From: Dickeya solani IPO 2222
GTDB lineage: Bacteria; Pseudomonadota; Gammaproteobacteria; Enterobacterales; Enterobacteriaceae
Direction: 5' to 3'
Length of the DNA stretch: 32,000 nucleotides
NCBI RefSeq assembly: GCF_001644705.1
Contig: NZ_CP015137.1
Coordinates: forward strand, 4,020,001-4,052,000
In this document: positions 9,977 to 18,163 of the stretch, one piece after another
Layout of the letters: every line of letters begins with the position of its first letter
Position numbering within the stretch: the stretch's first letter is position 1
The notes under the pieces: model-generated
Seen by the model: the letters and a program-made list of their open reading frames with translations, nothing else
Told to the model about the DNA's origin: nothing
Database searches by the model: none
Position numbers and translations under genes: made by a program

Positions 9977-10747
9977 TTAAAGGTGATACATCATCCGGGA
10001 TATCGAGGCTGCCAGCCCATCCGGATTATCGTAAGCCAGCATGTGACCACAGTTAGGCACTAACTCAACCAGACATCCAGCTCGTGTGTATCGTTCAATG
10101 TCATCCGGAGAAGCGCTATCGGGCAGAATAACGCCTTTGGCGATCGGCAGACGGGACAATATTTCCAGCCAATTCTTTTGATTATCATCCAGAGTCGACT
10201 CAGCCCATTGATAAATAGCCAGAGGAGAGCTGACCTGAAATGGACCAAGCCAGACATCATTTCCGCCTTCATTTTTAAGCTGCATCACCAGTTGATTAAA
10301 TCCTGTTGCGATAAATTCGCTTTCGCTCATCGCCGTGATGCTTTCAAGCAACGCAATACCATAATCATTCACACCGGGGGTACATAAAATCAGTCGCTCT
10401 GGTTGCGGGGACATGGTTGTGGCCATTTTTAACGCGATAAATGCGCCGGCACTGTGGCCGAACAGGCTGATAGTGGATACCCCTGTACTGGTGATCCAGG
10501 TTTGCAACATGGTTGACAGACTGCCTGAATCATATCGCGCAGTCACAGGCTTATCACTGAACCCTGAACCAGGAAGATCAACCAGCCAGGAGCGGGTACC
10601 GGAATAGTGGGGTGATGTGACTACCGGCAGGTAGTCACTACTGGATGCACAACCGAGGCCATGAATGTAAACAAGAGGAGACGCGCCGGGATGGCAGTCC
10701 AGCCAGCGCAGGAGATTACTCTTTTCATCAAAAGGCCACGTTTCCAT
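9977..10747 (-). CDS. Alpha/beta-fold hydrolase
   Basis: Oxyanion region LVYIHGLG, nucleophile elbow GHSAG, and a C-terminal CGHMLAYDNP (catalytic His). I place the start at ATG 10747 (METWPFDEK...). The 351-aa ORF-track version would overlap the upstream gene by about 265 nt. Confidence 0.85.
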   Translation of the reverse strand: METWPFDEKSNLLRWLDCHPGASPLVYIHGLGCASSSDYLPVVTSPHYSGTRSWLVDLPGSGFSDKPVTARYDSGSLSTMLQTWITSTGVSTISLFGHSAGAFIALKMATTMSPQPERLILCTPGVNDYGIALLESITAMSESEFIATGFNQLVMQLKNEGGNDVWLGPFQVSSPLAIYQWAESTLDDNQKNWLEILSRLPIAKGVILPDSASPDDIERYTRAGCLVELVPNCGHMLAYDNPDGLAASISRMMYHL

Positions 10748-10766
10748 AAATTTTCTTAAACGAACA

Positions 10767-11984
10767 CTATGGAGCGACTGAGACAGTGGATGCCTGTTGA
10801 TGCTCAGGTTTCCCGGCGGGCATTCCGGCGACAACCTGATTACCGATGGCATACACGGCGCACCCGGCGGCGCCTGGGCGCTGCTGGCAGTTTTTAAGTG
10901 CCTGTTTAGCGGCTTCCCGCATAGTTCGCATACCGTATGCCGCGCCCCAGTTACCCTTCGAGTCAGTCGCAAACGCTTTCTCGTAACGCTGACTGACGTC
11001 GTAATAGCTGAAATTCTCACGTCCGGCGGCATTCAGGTGGGCAGGATATGGCAGATGCGTTTCGGGAAGCGCGACAATTTCTTTGAACGGAAGATGCTGC
11101 TGCTCCAGAAACCCGGCTACTTGCTGCCACCAGAAACTTTCCGGTGCACTTTCTATAAACGTGTGCCCGTTTTCTTCGAAAGCAGGCATCAGAATGAATT
11201 CTGCGTTGCCTCCACCACGTTGATACGCATTCAACATCTCTCTGGCCATGTCAGGGGGAAAGAGATGGTCATTCTGGGTGTAAAGCCAGAGCGTAGGAAT
11301 ACGTGCCGCCCGTCCGTACAATTCGAACGCCTTTAATAGCCCTGCTTTATCACAAAATGATTTTCCATCAATCGCGCCTCTTCCCCCGTCAAAACTAATA
11401 ATAGCCTGTACACCTGCCGGATTCACCGCGCTGGTCGCTATGACAGCAAACCCTCCCGCAGACATTCCGGTAAGGATTGCCTTGTCTTGTGATGCCCAGG
11501 GCTGGCGACGGATCGCAGCAAGCGCAGCCGTGATATTATTTTTATCTATTGTTCCTGCTCGCATGTGCCGGGGCTCATTGCAGGAACTCCCTTCACCCTC
11601 CGTCGTTCCGCTTGATTGCCCGTATCCTTGGCGAAGAACGGTGACAGCAGCGTAGCCGTGCCGTGCAAACGCAATAGCTGCAGACGAGAACTGGGTTGGC
11701 GTTGCCATCATGCGGTTAAATACTGGGGAAGAGCTGCCATTTGTTATCAGCACTACGGGCAGTCGACCGGTACTGACGGGACGGGTAACGAATGCATCCA
11801 GCGTTGCTGGTTGACCGTTATCCAGCGTCACTTGCAGTGAAAGGGGTTCCCTTATCAGGCCGGCAAGTTGTTGCCGACTGTCCGATGAAGCGGCTGTCGG
11901 CGCGGCATTTGTCGACGCTGTGAAAACAAGAAAAATGAAAGATAGCGATATTATTCTGAGACAAGCCATGAAGATCTGTTGCAT
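10767..11984 (-). CDS. Exported dienelactone-hydrolase-like alpha/beta hydrolase with an extra Cys-containing C-terminal module
   Basis: Signal peptide (MACLRIISLSFIFLVFTASTNA/AP) and nucleophile elbow GMSAGG. The C-terminal ~90 aa (..KGNWGAAYGMRTMREAAKQALKNCQQRPGAAGCAVYAIGNQVV) resembles, from memory, the DUF4189 type of secreted-protein module. Confidence 0.8.
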   Translation of the reverse strand: MQQIFMACLRIISLSFIFLVFTASTNAAPTAASSDSRQQLAGLIREPLSLQVTLDNGQPATLDAFVTRPVSTGRLPVVLITNGSSSPVFNRMMATPTQFSSAAIAFARHGYAAVTVLRQGYGQSSGTTEGEGSSCNEPRHMRAGTIDKNNITAALAAIRRQPWASQDKAILTGMSAGGFAVIATSAVNPAGVQAIISFDGGRGAIDGKSFCDKAGLLKAFELYGRAARIPTLWLYTQNDHLFPPDMAREMLNAYQRGGGNAEFILMPAFEENGHTFIESAPESFWWQQVAGFLEQQHLPFKEIVALPETHLPYPAHLNAAGRENFSYYDVSQRYEKAFATDSKGNWGAAYGMRTMREAAKQALKNCQQRPGAAGCAVYAIGNQVVAGMPAGKPEHQQASTVSVAP

Positions 11985-12385
11985 CAGTGCTAATCCTTAT
12001 TGGTGAATGTGTAGTGTACAAGTGTTCAAAAAAAAGACTTTTGTGGCTGACTAGTGTTACTAACATAACGAAATGCATCAGGTGCTTAGATACGGCTTCG
12101 TTGAAGTCTGTTGATGATCTCCATGTTCAGATCGCTCGACACAAAAACGAATTTATTGAACGATAAAGTCATAATCGAAAAAGATAAAATCTATTACGCC
12201 AGAATTGGTACCTGCCGATATATCATTTTATAATTGAATTAGGTTTTCGCCTGAGTGATTACTTTTAACGGTGGAGATTGTTGCTAATTATTACCCTCGA
12301 AAAGAAATGCATTCAGGGGGAATTTATGAATGTGGCCTCATCTCTAAAAAATTGAAAAGATACCTATGAATTACAGCACTGAGGG

Positions 12386-12673
12386 TCATCCTCTGTGTGC
12401 ATGGCGATGATGAGCAGGATTGCATTCTTGATTCGTTCCTGGCAGATAATATTTTCCATCGGAAGAGGGCGTTGTTCCTCCAGGGCAACCGTTCATGCCG
12501 GGTTTCCCATTTTTACCGCCCGGAAGTCCAGCCCCTCCGGCCTGACTAACAGAAACCAACAAAGTGCCTTTTGTTTCACCTCTATTTTGGCTGACGATAT
12601 CGTCGTGAGCAGCATAGGTCATAGAGGAAAATCCGCAGGTAACTAAATAAATAAAAACCATTGTTTTATTCAT
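12386..12673 (-). CDS. Small exported Gly/Pro-rich hypothetical protein
   Basis: A 95-aa ORF with a clear signal peptide (MNKTMVFIYLVTCGFSSMTYA/AH) followed by GGAGLPGGKNGKPGMNGCPGG. I recognise no homolog. Confidence 0.5.
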   Translation of the reverse strand: MNKTMVFIYLVTCGFSSMTYAAHDDIVSQNRGETKGTLLVSVSQAGGAGLPGGKNGKPGMNGCPGGTTPSSDGKYYLPGTNQECNPAHHRHAHRG

Positions 12674-13069
12674 ATCCTACCTTTTACGTTTTCGACGTCA
12701 TCGACGGATAGTTATTAAGTCTAGCTACAGTTCAATAATTTTCATCTCTCTTCACTGACAAGTGATTCTTGGATCGTCATCTTTCTTTCACATTATTTTA
12801 CTATCAGGTACCTGAGTATAAGATGAATCACTGCCGTGCTGCTGATAAGCATCTGAACATAGAGTCGGGCAGATATCATTACATTCATTATTTCAAAATA
12901 TTATCTTTATTGACAAATAACCTACAAGCACAACCTTCTGACTATCGCCATGAAAATCTGGAGTACCTTATTTAATATAATAGAATAGAGGGAATGATAA
13001 AATAAAATTATCATTCCCGGTGCGAACGTTAGCATATTTAATTAATGAAATATCAATTTAGTACCTAAT

Positions 13070-13442
13070 GTCTTGGGGCACCAGGTAAGTGTCAAGATAG
13101 TTGGCACCTCCCGGTTGATTAGGCAGCTCACTTTTCTCGTTCTGGATCCAGCATTACCGCGCCTTCCGGTTGCCAGTTTCTTATTTTTCCCGACCAACGT
13201 GCTGGCCGTTCTGTTTTTACCTTTCTGTACGCTTCATTGTTACGCCCCCATTGGTCATTAGCATTTTTGATGGGTGGTAACAACTATCCTGACAGAGGGG
13301 CTTTTCAGTTGATACGATATTTAAGATATCATAGACGTCAACTGCCCGGATTAACCAACAGGTACAGACCTTGGGAATCTGAAAATTTGAAGGGCTTTGC
13401 AGATGGTTTTAAGTTGCGGATTTTTGAGTCGTTAAGAGACAT
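13070..13442 (-). pseudogene. P4-type (DUF4102-containing) tyrosine integrase, degraded N-terminal remnant
   Basis: The minus strand from ATG 13442 reads MSLNDSKIRNLKPSAKPFKFSDSQGLYLLVNPGS*, which is the hallmark N-terminus of P4-like island integrases. After the stop, similarity continues in another frame (..YRIN*KAPLSG*LLPPIKNANDQW..) with further stops. No catalytic domain follows. The left limit is approximate. Confidence 0.75.
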
Positions 13443-13560
13443 TTGGGGGTCACTCCGTCATCGAACCAGCCTGACTCCAAATCTGACCACCAAATTCTCC
13501 CGATGCAGAGGGAAACTGAAAATGCATCGGGAAGGGTTTTCACACTATCATGTTAGATAT

Positions 13561-13597
13561 AAAAGCAAAAAGCAGATGCCTTTCGACATCTGCTTTT
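13561..13597 (-). terminator. Rho-independent terminator immediately 3' of the tRNA-Asn-derived repeat (probably the native tRNA terminator)
   Basis: AGCAGATG (13571-13578) pairs with CATCTGCT (13587-13594) around an 8-nt loop. On the minus strand it is followed by TTTTTGCTTTT, and a T-run also follows on the plus strand. Confidence 0.7.
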
Positions 13598-13604
13598 CTG
13601 AATC

Positions 13605-13620
13605 TGGCTCCTCTGACTGG
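13605..13620 (-). repeat. 16-nt copy of the 3' end of tRNA-Asn (att-type direct repeat marking the distal ICE boundary)
   Basis: The minus strand reads CCAGTCAGAGGAGCCA, identical to the last 16 nt of enterobacterial tRNA-Asn (...GGTTCGAGTCCAGTCAGAGGAGCCA) as I remember it. The adjacent 60 nt do not encode the rest of a tRNA, so this is a repeat and not a gene. Confidence 0.75.
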
Positions 13621-14123
13621 GATCGCCTTTGCCAATAATTGGCTAATAAGTAAGCTAAATCAGAATCCACTTCCTGTCAAGACCACCAGAATGACCACCA
13701 TTTGATTGAATGTCGAATGAGATCTAATTATCTTAACAAGGTAACCCTTTGATTTATGGATTGGGAATTCCGAAAAACAAAGAGGGTGTTTTAATAAAAA
13801 CTTGATAAATAATGGTTTTTTTTGATTTCACAAAGAGATCTTAGGTAAATACTTCACTAAACGAGCATTTTATTGATAGCAACTATTTGAAATAGTTTGG
13901 GGCTTAGAAACAGCGGAGGCTCTCTGTGTAACACAAGATACCCGCCAGATGAACAGCTATTGTTTTTAATTGCATGTTTTTTAAATGATTTTCTCGCCAT
14001 GTGACATCCTCAGGTTCGATCATAAAGTTTGGTCTAAATGATTTTCTTGAGTAGAATAAGAAGAACTATTCTTGTCAACTTTATGTCATTGAATAACAAT
14101 TAGTTAGGTTGTGTATGTGACGA

Positions 14124-15200
14124 ATGGATACTAAATTGATTGCAATAGATTTCTTTTGTGGATGTGGGGGAGCTAGCGAAGGGCTACGTCAGGCCGGTTT
14201 TGACATTGTTCTTGGCATTGATGTAGATCAGCAGGCCTCAGAAACATACAAAGCTAACTTCCCTGATGCTGATTTCATCTTCGATGATATCAGAAATGTA
14301 ACTGTTGAAAGGGTTGCGAACTCTATAGCATTCAAAAGTGCAGATGGTTTGCTTTTAAGTGCCTGCGCCCCTTGCCAGCCTTTCTCACAGCAAAACAAAT
14401 ATAAAAACAAAGATGATGAAAGGATTTGTCTACTAGACGAAACTCACCGCTTCGTTTCAAGACTTTTACCAGAATATATTTTATTAGAAAATGTTCCAGG
14501 TATACAGAAAATTGATGGCAGTAAAGAAAGTCCTTTCACAAGATTTATTTCTTTGCTTGATAAGCTAAACTATCACTATGTGTATTTTGTGGCAAATGCT
14601 GAAAAATATGGCGTACCGCAAAGAAGAAAACGGTTTGTTCTTCTGGCCAGTCTGCTAGGACCAATATCAATACCAGAGCCAACTCATGATATAGAAAATT
14701 CACCTGTAAAAACAGTTAGAGAATTTATTGGTGAATATCCAAAACTTGCATCGGGAGAAGTCGATAAAAATGATGAACTACATCGTTCGGCGATCCTAAC
14801 TGAGTTGAATTTAGAGAGAATAAAAAATACCCCAGAAGGAGGGGATCGCAGGGACTGGCCGACCAATTTAATCAACACTTGTCACAAAGATTATACTGGC
14901 CATACAGATACCTATGGCAGAATGTCATGGGATAAACCTGCTCCGACTTTGACAACAAAGTGCAATAGTTATTCGAATGGACGCTTTGGTCACCCAGATA
15001 TAACACAAAATCGAGCTATAAGTATTAGAGAAGCTTCTCGACTACAAACATTTCCAAAAAAATATATATTTAAAGGTTCTTTTAATTCGATGGCGAAACA
15101 AATTGGAAATGCTGTCCCTTGTGAGTTAGCTCGACAATTTGGTCTGCACTTCATTGAGCATAATGAGGCTTCAAAGAGAGATAATCATGGCAAATTTTAA
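14124..15200 (+). CDS. DNA (cytosine-5)-methyltransferase
   Basis: All key C5-MTase motifs are present in order: I FFCGCGGASEG, IV SACAPCQPFS (catalytic Cys), VI LLENVPG, VIII QRRKRFVLLAS, and X GNAVP. A variable target-recognition region lies between VIII and X. Confidence 0.93.
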   Translation: MDTKLIAIDFFCGCGGASEGLRQAGFDIVLGIDVDQQASETYKANFPDADFIFDDIRNVTVERVANSIAFKSADGLLLSACAPCQPFSQQNKYKNKDDERICLLDETHRFVSRLLPEYILLENVPGIQKIDGSKESPFTRFISLLDKLNYHYVYFVANAEKYGVPQRRKRFVLLASLLGPISIPEPTHDIENSPVKTVREFIGEYPKLASGEVDKNDELHRSAILTELNLERIKNTPEGGDRRDWPTNLINTCHKDYTGHTDTYGRMSWDKPAPTLTTKCNSYSNGRFGHPDITQNRAISIREASRLQTFPKKYIFKGSFNSMAKQIGNAVPCELARQFGLHFIEHNEASKRDNHGKF

Positions 15201-18162
15201 GACAAGAGCTAGAACCTTAGACTTATTAGGCCGACAACAGATTGCGGGCATCCCTACGGCCATAAATGAGCTATTAAAAAATGCTCATGATGCTTATGCT
15301 GATCATGTTGATATAGATTATTTCCGTAGGAAAAGCCTTTTTATTATCAGAGATGATGGCGTAGGTATGTCAAGAACTGACTTTGAAAATAGATGGCTTA
15401 CATTAGGTACTGAGTCGAAAGTTCAACATACAAACGCATCTCTTCCCCCAGTAGATGAATCTAAAAAATTTAGACATCAGATGGGGGAGAAAGGTATAGG
15501 TCGCCTCGCTATAGCCTCAATAGGTAAACAGGTATTAATAATAACCAAGGCTAAAAACACTAATGAGATAACGGCTGCATTTATTAATTGGCAAATATTT
15601 GAACTTCCTGGGTTGAATTTAGATGATATCGTTGTTCCGACCAAAACATTTAAACAAATTCCAGATGTCGATCAAGTAAACTCTATGAAGTCTGAGTTGC
15701 TAGATTCAGTCGATATTTTATTCAGTAAAGATTCTTTAAGTGAAAAAAAATACTTAGAAATAAAAGAAACTATAACATCCTTTTCTATTTGCCCAAAAAC
15801 GCTGAGCAAAAAATTAATTCGGTTTAGCTCCTTTGATAGTAATGATTCAGGAGGTACGATCTTTATCATTTCTCCCGTTGATGAAATTCTGAATTCAGAT
15901 ATCGATGGTGATGGTAATGATAAAGAGGCTACAAAAATAGAAAAAATGTTGATGGGTTTTCATAATACAATGACGATATGTCATCCTGAACCTTTGTTAG
16001 ATATCGTATTCAGAGATTATAGAAGTAATGATGATACTTATATTGATATTATTGACAAAGAGCACTTTTTCACTAGTGAGGATTTTGAACAAGCAGATCA
16101 TCATTTTCATGGGTTTTTTGACGAATATGGGCAGTTTAAAGGTAACATAAGAATTTATCATGATAAAAACTTTGAACATATAGTCAATTGGACTGGGAAT
16201 AACCTAAATCTTACCAGTTGTGGTCCATTTGAAATAAACCTTGCTTATGTTCAGGGTGATAGAAAACATTCAATAATGGCTAATGAAGATTATGCCCGAG
16301 TTACATCCAAATCAGATAAATTTGGTGGTTTATATATTTATAAAGATAATATTAGAATTTTACCTTATGGTGATTCTGATTATGATTATCTGGAAATTGA
16401 AAAAAGACGATCTAAACATGCTGGTTCTGCTTTCTTTTCGTATAGGAGGATGTTTGGAGTTATAAGTCTTTCGCAAAATGAAAATTTTAGATTAAAAGAA
16501 AAAGCTGGGCGTGAAGGGTTTATTGAAGATCAAGCATACAAACATCTCAGAGATATTCTTAAGAACTTCTTTATCCAACTGGCTGCTGATTTTTTCCGAG
16601 ATGATATAAAAGCGGGCCCAAAAGCAGAAATTTGGGCGACAAAAAGAAATGAGTTAGTGTCTTCTCACAAAGCATTAGAGAAACGAGAAAAGCAAGCTAA
16701 GCTAAAAAAAGCTAAATTTGAATCTGCTCTTAGCTATTTCTTTGAACATCATTCAAATGGATTAATTGAACAAGATATAAATAATATTCTGACAGAAAGT
16801 GAGCATAAATTTCACAGCGTATACTCAATTAAGGACCCTGACATAGCTAGTCAGAAAATAATTGATGTTGAATCTCAGACTAGAGAAGAGATTAATGCAT
16901 ATAAACGCTCTATTATTGTTCCCACCCCTAGGGGATTTTTAATTAGAGGAGAGCTGAAAGAAGATTATAATACATATCTAACGACCTTGCAGGAGTTAGA
17001 GAGTACATGTTTTCAGCCAGCCATCGACAAAATAGATCAATTGGTTGATAAAGCAATTAATGATTATCAAATAAAAATAAGCAAACGTAAGCGTCTAGAA
17101 CAGGCGGTTGATTTTATTTCTATTGAAGCTAGAAAAGTTAACGCTGAAAAAAGAAAAAGCACGGAACAAGTTGTTCTGGATATAAACAAAAGAGTTAAAG
17201 AGTTAACATCAGATTTAATGATTGATCTTGATAATCAAATTCGCATTGTAAAAGACAAATTTAAACACATATCTATAGAAAGTGAATCTGATATTGACTT
17301 GGTCGCTAAACGAAATGAATTAGCAGCAGAAATTACTAATGTTAGCGAAAGGAATACAAGCATTTTAGATACTATAATCAGACAACTAGAGGGGGTTTAC
17401 TGGGAGAAAGATGAAGATAATAATTATATAACCAGTGAACAAATAACCGAAGTGCTTGGTGAAGAAGTTGATGCTTTGAGAGAAAAAATTCATGCTGATG
17501 TTGAGTTGAGTCAGCTTGGTTTAGCTGTAAGTATCATTCATCATGAATTCAATAGTACTGTTAGATCGATAAGAACTAGTCTTAAAGATTTGAAGGCCTG
17601 GAGCGATGTCAATGAAGATCTTGAAGGTGTCTATAAAAACATTAAGATTAACTTCGAACATTTAGACGGTTATCTCAATCTCTTTACCCCGTTAAATAGA
17701 AGATTACAGAGGAAAAGAGAAGAAATTAAACTTCTTGAAATCAAATCATTCTTAATCGATTTGTTTAAAAATAGAATGGATAGGCATAATATATCATTCA
17801 AACATACAAATGGATATTCAAAGGGGAAACTTTATGGTTTCCGTTCATCCTTTTATCCAGTTTTCGTAAACGTAATCGATAATGCAATATATTGGCTCAA
17901 TGAAAGTAATAGTAGCGACAAAACTATAAGATTACACGCCGATGATAACGGCAATGTCTATATATCTAATAATGGACCTATCGTCGATCATCGTGATAAA
18001 GACAGAATATTTAGCCTAGGCTTTTCAAGAAAATATAATGGTCGAGGAATGGGGTTGCATATCAGCAATGAAGTTCTGGAATCTATAGGTTATAAATTGA
18101 CGCTAGATGAACCAAGAGAGGGTTCAACTGTTACATTTAAAATTTCCATGGTGGAAAAATAA
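15187..18162 (+). CDS. 991-aa dual-module ATPase: N-terminal MORC/Hsp90/MutL-like GHKL ATPase, a K/E-rich helical linker, and a C-terminal histidine-kinase-like module
   Basis: N-terminal Bergerat motifs: E28-x3-N32-x2-D35 (NELLKNAHDA), D56-x-G58-x-G60 (DDGVGM) and G100-EK-G103-I-G105 (GEKGIGRL). The C-terminal part has an H-box-like IIH785-H786-EFNSTVRSI, an N-box VNVIDNAIYW, a degenerate G1 (ISNNGP) and a G2 box G952-R-G-M-G-L. ATG 15187 follows GAGAG and overlaps the MTase stop by 14 nt. The ORF-track start at 15139 is less likely. Confidence 0.85.
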   Translation: MANFKTRARTLDLLGRQQIAGIPTAINELLKNAHDAYADHVDIDYFRRKSLFIIRDDGVGMSRTDFENRWLTLGTESKVQHTNASLPPVDESKKFRHQMGEKGIGRLAIASIGKQVLIITKAKNTNEITAAFINWQIFELPGLNLDDIVVPTKTFKQIPDVDQVNSMKSELLDSVDILFSKDSLSEKKYLEIKETITSFSICPKTLSKKLIRFSSFDSNDSGGTIFIISPVDEILNSDIDGDGNDKEATKIEKMLMGFHNTMTICHPEPLLDIVFRDYRSNDDTYIDIIDKEHFFTSEDFEQADHHFHGFFDEYGQFKGNIRIYHDKNFEHIVNWTGNNLNLTSCGPFEINLAYVQGDRKHSIMANEDYARVTSKSDKFGGLYIYKDNIRILPYGDSDYDYLEIEKRRSKHAGSAFFSYRRMFGVISLSQNENFRLKEKAGREGFIEDQAYKHLRDILKNFFIQLAADFFRDDIKAGPKAEIWATKRNELVSSHKALEKREKQAKLKKAKFESALSYFFEHHSNGLIEQDINNILTESEHKFHSVYSIKDPDIASQKIIDVESQTREEINAYKRSIIVPTPRGFLIRGELKEDYNTYLTTLQELESTCFQPAIDKIDQLVDKAINDYQIKISKRKRLEQAVDFISIEARKVNAEKRKSTEQVVLDINKRVKELTSDLMIDLDNQIRIVKDKFKHISIESESDIDLVAKRNELAAEITNVSERNTSILDTIIRQLEGVYWEKDEDNNYITSEQITEVLGEEVDALREKIHADVELSQLGLAVSIIHHEFNSTVRSIRTSLKDLKAWSDVNEDLEGVYKNIKINFEHLDGYLNLFTPLNRRLQRKREEIKLLEIKSFLIDLFKNRMDRHNISFKHTNGYSKGKLYGFRSSFYPVFVNVIDNAIYWLNESNSSDKTIRLHADDNGNVYISNNGPIVDHRDKDRIFSLGFSRKYNGRGMGLHISNEVLESIGYKLTLDEPREGSTVTFKISMVEK

Positions 18163-18163
18163 A

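Noticed and set aside
9977-11032. A 351-aa version of the downstream alpha/beta hydrolase ORF
   Set aside because: Its first 95 codons would overlap the 3' end of the upstream hydrolase gene (10767-11984) in another frame. They read as low-complexity, Arg/Pro/Ser-rich sequence. The recognisable fold starts at METWPF (ATG 10747).
12769-12975. A 68-aa plus-strand ORF in the AT-rich spacer
   Set aside because: It has no RBS, AT-rich low-complexity translation and no recognisable family. It is probably non-coding.
13237-13638. A 133-aa plus-strand ORF
   Set aside because: It runs across the integrase remnant (which is readable on the opposite strand), the hairpin terminator and the tRNA-Asn-derived repeat. 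It has no recognisable family features and is most likely a chance ORF.
13605-13680. A possible complete tRNA-Asn gene
   Set aside because: Only the last 16 nt match. The upstream 60 nt on the minus strand lack the T-arm (GGTTCGAGTC), anticodon arm and D-arm sequence, so this is an att repeat and not a tRNA gene.
15139-15186. Upstream ATG starts given by the ORF track for gene 2 (15139) and, analogously, gene 3 (18107) and ardC (21242, a TTG)
   Set aside because: The extensions lie inside the preceding gene or lack an RBS. The chosen starts (15187, 18164, 21323) have Shine-Dalgarno-like sequences or tight coupling. They also begin where the recognisable domains begin.
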